Shown piece after piece: positions 61,064-64,000 of a stretch of DNA of 64,000 bases. The notes under the pieces were generated by a model, which searched no databases, was not told the origin of the DNA, and was given only the letters and a program-made list of their open reading frames with translations. Location: NCBI RefSeq assembly GCF_006345805.1, contig NC_043006.1, positions 67,828,001 through 67,892,000 of the forward strand. Direction: 5' to 3'. The DNA is from Octopus sinensis (taxonomy: Eukaryota). Each line of letters starts with the position of its first letter. Position 1 is the first letter of the stretch. The position numbers were made by a program, and so were the translations under genes.

Positions 61064-62910
61064 TCCATCCATGTTTGTATGTGGAGCCTGGCTCAGCCTT
61101 CCAGCATGACAGCCCAGTCAAACCGTCCAACCTATGCCAGCATGGACAACAGACATTAAATGAAGATGATGAAATGTCATCATACATCTGCTTTTCTTGC
61201 TGGCATGGGTCAGATGGCTTTTGAAGATCCAAGACAGTTCTTATTGAGAGACACGGCTCTCACAGACAGGTGCCATTATATATCATTTTGGGTTACTTTC
61301 TATGGCTGGATGTCCTTTTAATCATCACCCGCTTTACAGATTGTATTAGGTGCGTTTTCTTGTGGCACTAGCATTAGAGGTATGTCTGTTTACAAAGTAT
61401 TGATTATTACAACACGATGATAGAAGACAGTCGACCAAAGTACCTATAGTGTTGCTGCAAATTGAAGTCAGTAATCAAACAGCCAGATCCTCATTGTTTA
61501 ACATCTGCCTCCCATGCTAGCATGGGTAGGATGGTTTCATAAGAGCTGGCCAGGCAGAAGCCTGCACCAGACTTCTGTGACTGTTTTGGCAGGATTTTTA
61601 CAGCTGGATGCCCTTCATAACACCAACCACTCAGCAGAGTGAACTCAGTGCTTTTTACATGGCACAGGCAAAGTCAGTAGTGCTTTTTACATGGCACAAG
61701 CATAGGCAAGGTTTTTACAGCTGGATGCCCTTCCAAACACCAACCACTTTACAGTGTGGACTTGGGACTTTTAAGTGGCACCTGCACTGACAGGGTCACC
61801 AAATACTTGCAAGAAAAAAAACTTTCAAGAGCGGGAGGAAGCATTGAAGGATGATGAAAGGTTATAGTGAGACAGATAGAGGTGTCTTGCTGTAGAGGAA
61901 GTACAAGGCTACCCAGCTGGAGAGAGAGAGATCAAGAATGAAGACAGAAACAGGTGCACTACCACAGAAGAAATACAGTTACCAAACCTGAGGGAAGGGC
62001 AGGAGAAGGAGAGAGAAAAAGAGTGGGAGACAGCAGGACAGAGATGGTGGCAAACTCAAAAGGAATGGGGATCAGAATATAATGGAATGGTTGAGTAAAA
62101 GAGAGATATAGATGGTGGCAAGTGCCAGAGTATATCCTTGAGGTTTGAATGTAATAATATAAGTGGCAGGATATTGCAAAGGAAGTGCGATTAAAGAGTG
62201 TGAGTAAGTGGTGCAAAACCTAGGTATATTTAGAGTCAGGGGGCTACCAGATATCAATGACACAGAGGAAAAAGGCCATGGGGACAGGATCAGGGAGTGA
62301 GAGCTAGACAGTGTATGAAGAAGGAAATGTGAGAAAGAGATGAGGAGATGTAAGGGTGATGGAAAAGTTTTGTTACATGTGGGTGGAACACACAGAACAG
62401 GGGCTAGCTGGTAGCAATAATACAGTGAGACAGGACATGTGGGTAGAACACACAGATCGAGGGCAAGCAGATAGCAATGATACAGTGGCACAAGGACAAG
62501 GGGACAGGATTGGAGAGTGGGAGGTAAGCATAGTGCATAAAGCAGAATTGTTAGGAAGAGATGTAGAGATGCAGTTTGGTTTGTTGTGATAGTGTGTGAG
62601 AAGATTTCTTGTTAAGTGTGGGTGGGACACATTAAATTTTTTTTTTAACAACAATTCCAATTCCATGTTGACTGTTTATGCATTAAAAAACTGTATTTAA
62701 AAACATAACATTCAGCTGCTACAACTACAAGTCAGATGTAGAGGATTCATTGAACACAGTATGAGGTGACTGTTGTTATTAAACCTAACTCATTGTAAAG
62801 CAAATATCACCATGAGAGATATCCAGACTACAGTGGAAAAGGCAAGCCACTGGATTCAGTTAAAAAGGGATGATAAGCAATGGCTAGAAGAATATTGAGC
62901 GAAACCTAAT

Positions 62911-63306
62911 CTAGAAAGTGGGGGCTGGCACGCAATGATACCACCAAGAGGAAGGCCCTGAAACAATCCACATTCTCTCCTGATGACCCCATAAACTTGC
63001 TAGCATCCGATATGCAAAGCTTTCAATTCTAGAAAGTGGGGGCCGCATTTTGACAAGGTGGGGGCTGGCATGCAATGATACCACCAAGAGGAAGGCCCTG
63101 AAACAGTCCACATTCTCTCCTGATGACCCCATAAACTTGCTAGCATCCGATATGCAAAGCTTTCAATTCTAGAAAGTGGGGGCCGCATTTTGACAAGGTG
63201 GGGGCTGGCACGCAATGATACCACCAAGCGGAAGGCCCTGAAACAGTCCACATTCTCTCCTGATGACCCCATAAACTTGCTAGCATCCGATATGCAAAGC
63301 TTTCAA
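62911..63306. repeat. 140-bp tandem triplication (first unit has a 22-bp deletion)
   Basis: Units start at 62911, 63029 and 63169; near-identical. Confidence 0.95.
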
Positions 63307-63782
63307 CTGGTAGAACTTGCATCTGCAAGTTGTTTACAAAAAAACAAAAAACAAAAAATCATATTTGTTATGAAAAGTAAGAGTAAACACAAAAAGTAAA
63401 CAGACTTACACAAGATATTTCTGGTCCCCTGCTAAAGTCAAATTCATTTGAACATGGTACTCCCTGGAAGATAACTGGGGTATTTTTAATTCTGTTTTAT
63501 TCTCCACTTTACTCAAAATACTCCTGTCATACTGTACAGACATTGTTACTCCTGTCACTGATACTGGGATATAATTCTCATTACTGAAGTTGTATTTATT
63601 CTGAAAATAAATCAAAAGAAATAGACAATTAAGAAATGCATGCATATACAGAATAATACACTAGAGTGAGTACAACTATGTTGTGCTATATGCTGTTTTA
63701 TGAGCAAAGTACCAAACAATACAAGTTGATAAACAACTTACCATTAACCCTTTAGCATTCAGCTTTCTCTGTCAAATGTAGT

Positions 63783-64000
63783 ACTTACTCTTTTACTTGT
63801 TTCAGTCACGTGACTGTGGCCATGCTGGAGCATCACCTTTAGTCAAGTAAATCGACCCCAGGACTTATTCTTTGTAAGCCAAGTACTTATTCTATCGGTT
63901 TCTTTTGCTGAACCTCTAAGTTACAGAGATGTAAACACACCAATATCGGTTGTCAAGCGATGTTGGGTGGGGGGGACAAACATATACACACACATACATA
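63783..64000 (-). mobile_element. SINE family A, cut by the window end
   Basis: Family 3' half. Confidence 0.85.

Noticed and set aside
63080-63135. Hammerhead in the 140-bp repeat (GAAACAGTC and CTGATGA both present)
   Set aside because: Neither stem I nor stem II can be paired around the core motifs in any permutation I tried.

Overview
AT-rich eukaryotic (animal) genomic DNA, dense in microsatellites. The SINE, LINE, Helitron and Penelope families look like those of an octopus or related coleoid cephalopod; this is an inference from repeat content, not a database match. Most of the window is repeats: at least three tRNA-derived SINE families, RTE-type LINE fragments, two R4/Dong-type RLE retrotransposon 3' ends, a CRE-type RLE fragment, a Ty3/gypsy pol remnant and gag/protease remnants, two Tc1 transposase remnants, Helitron pieces, MITEs and several Penelope-like elements (PLEs). 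No intact long ORF, CRISPR array, rRNA or true tRNA is evident. A probable spliced minus-strand host gene of unknown function has its best exons at 2242-2419 and 2489-2615, with weaker small exons at 1.2-10.7 kb and possibly up to 54.7 kb. The most interesting signals are: (1) a 1.6-kb near-perfect fold-back PLE derivative with an intact hammerhead ribozyme on each strand (36598-38187); (2) a Poseidon-type PLE whose pseudo-LTR joins a tRNA-derived Pol III head to a hammerhead; (3) further minimal hammerheads from another PLE-derived family; (4) a speculative telomerase-RNA-like template plus pseudoknot downstream of a TATA box at about 9.9-10.3 kb. All structures were paired by eye. TE boundaries are approximate unless termini are stated.
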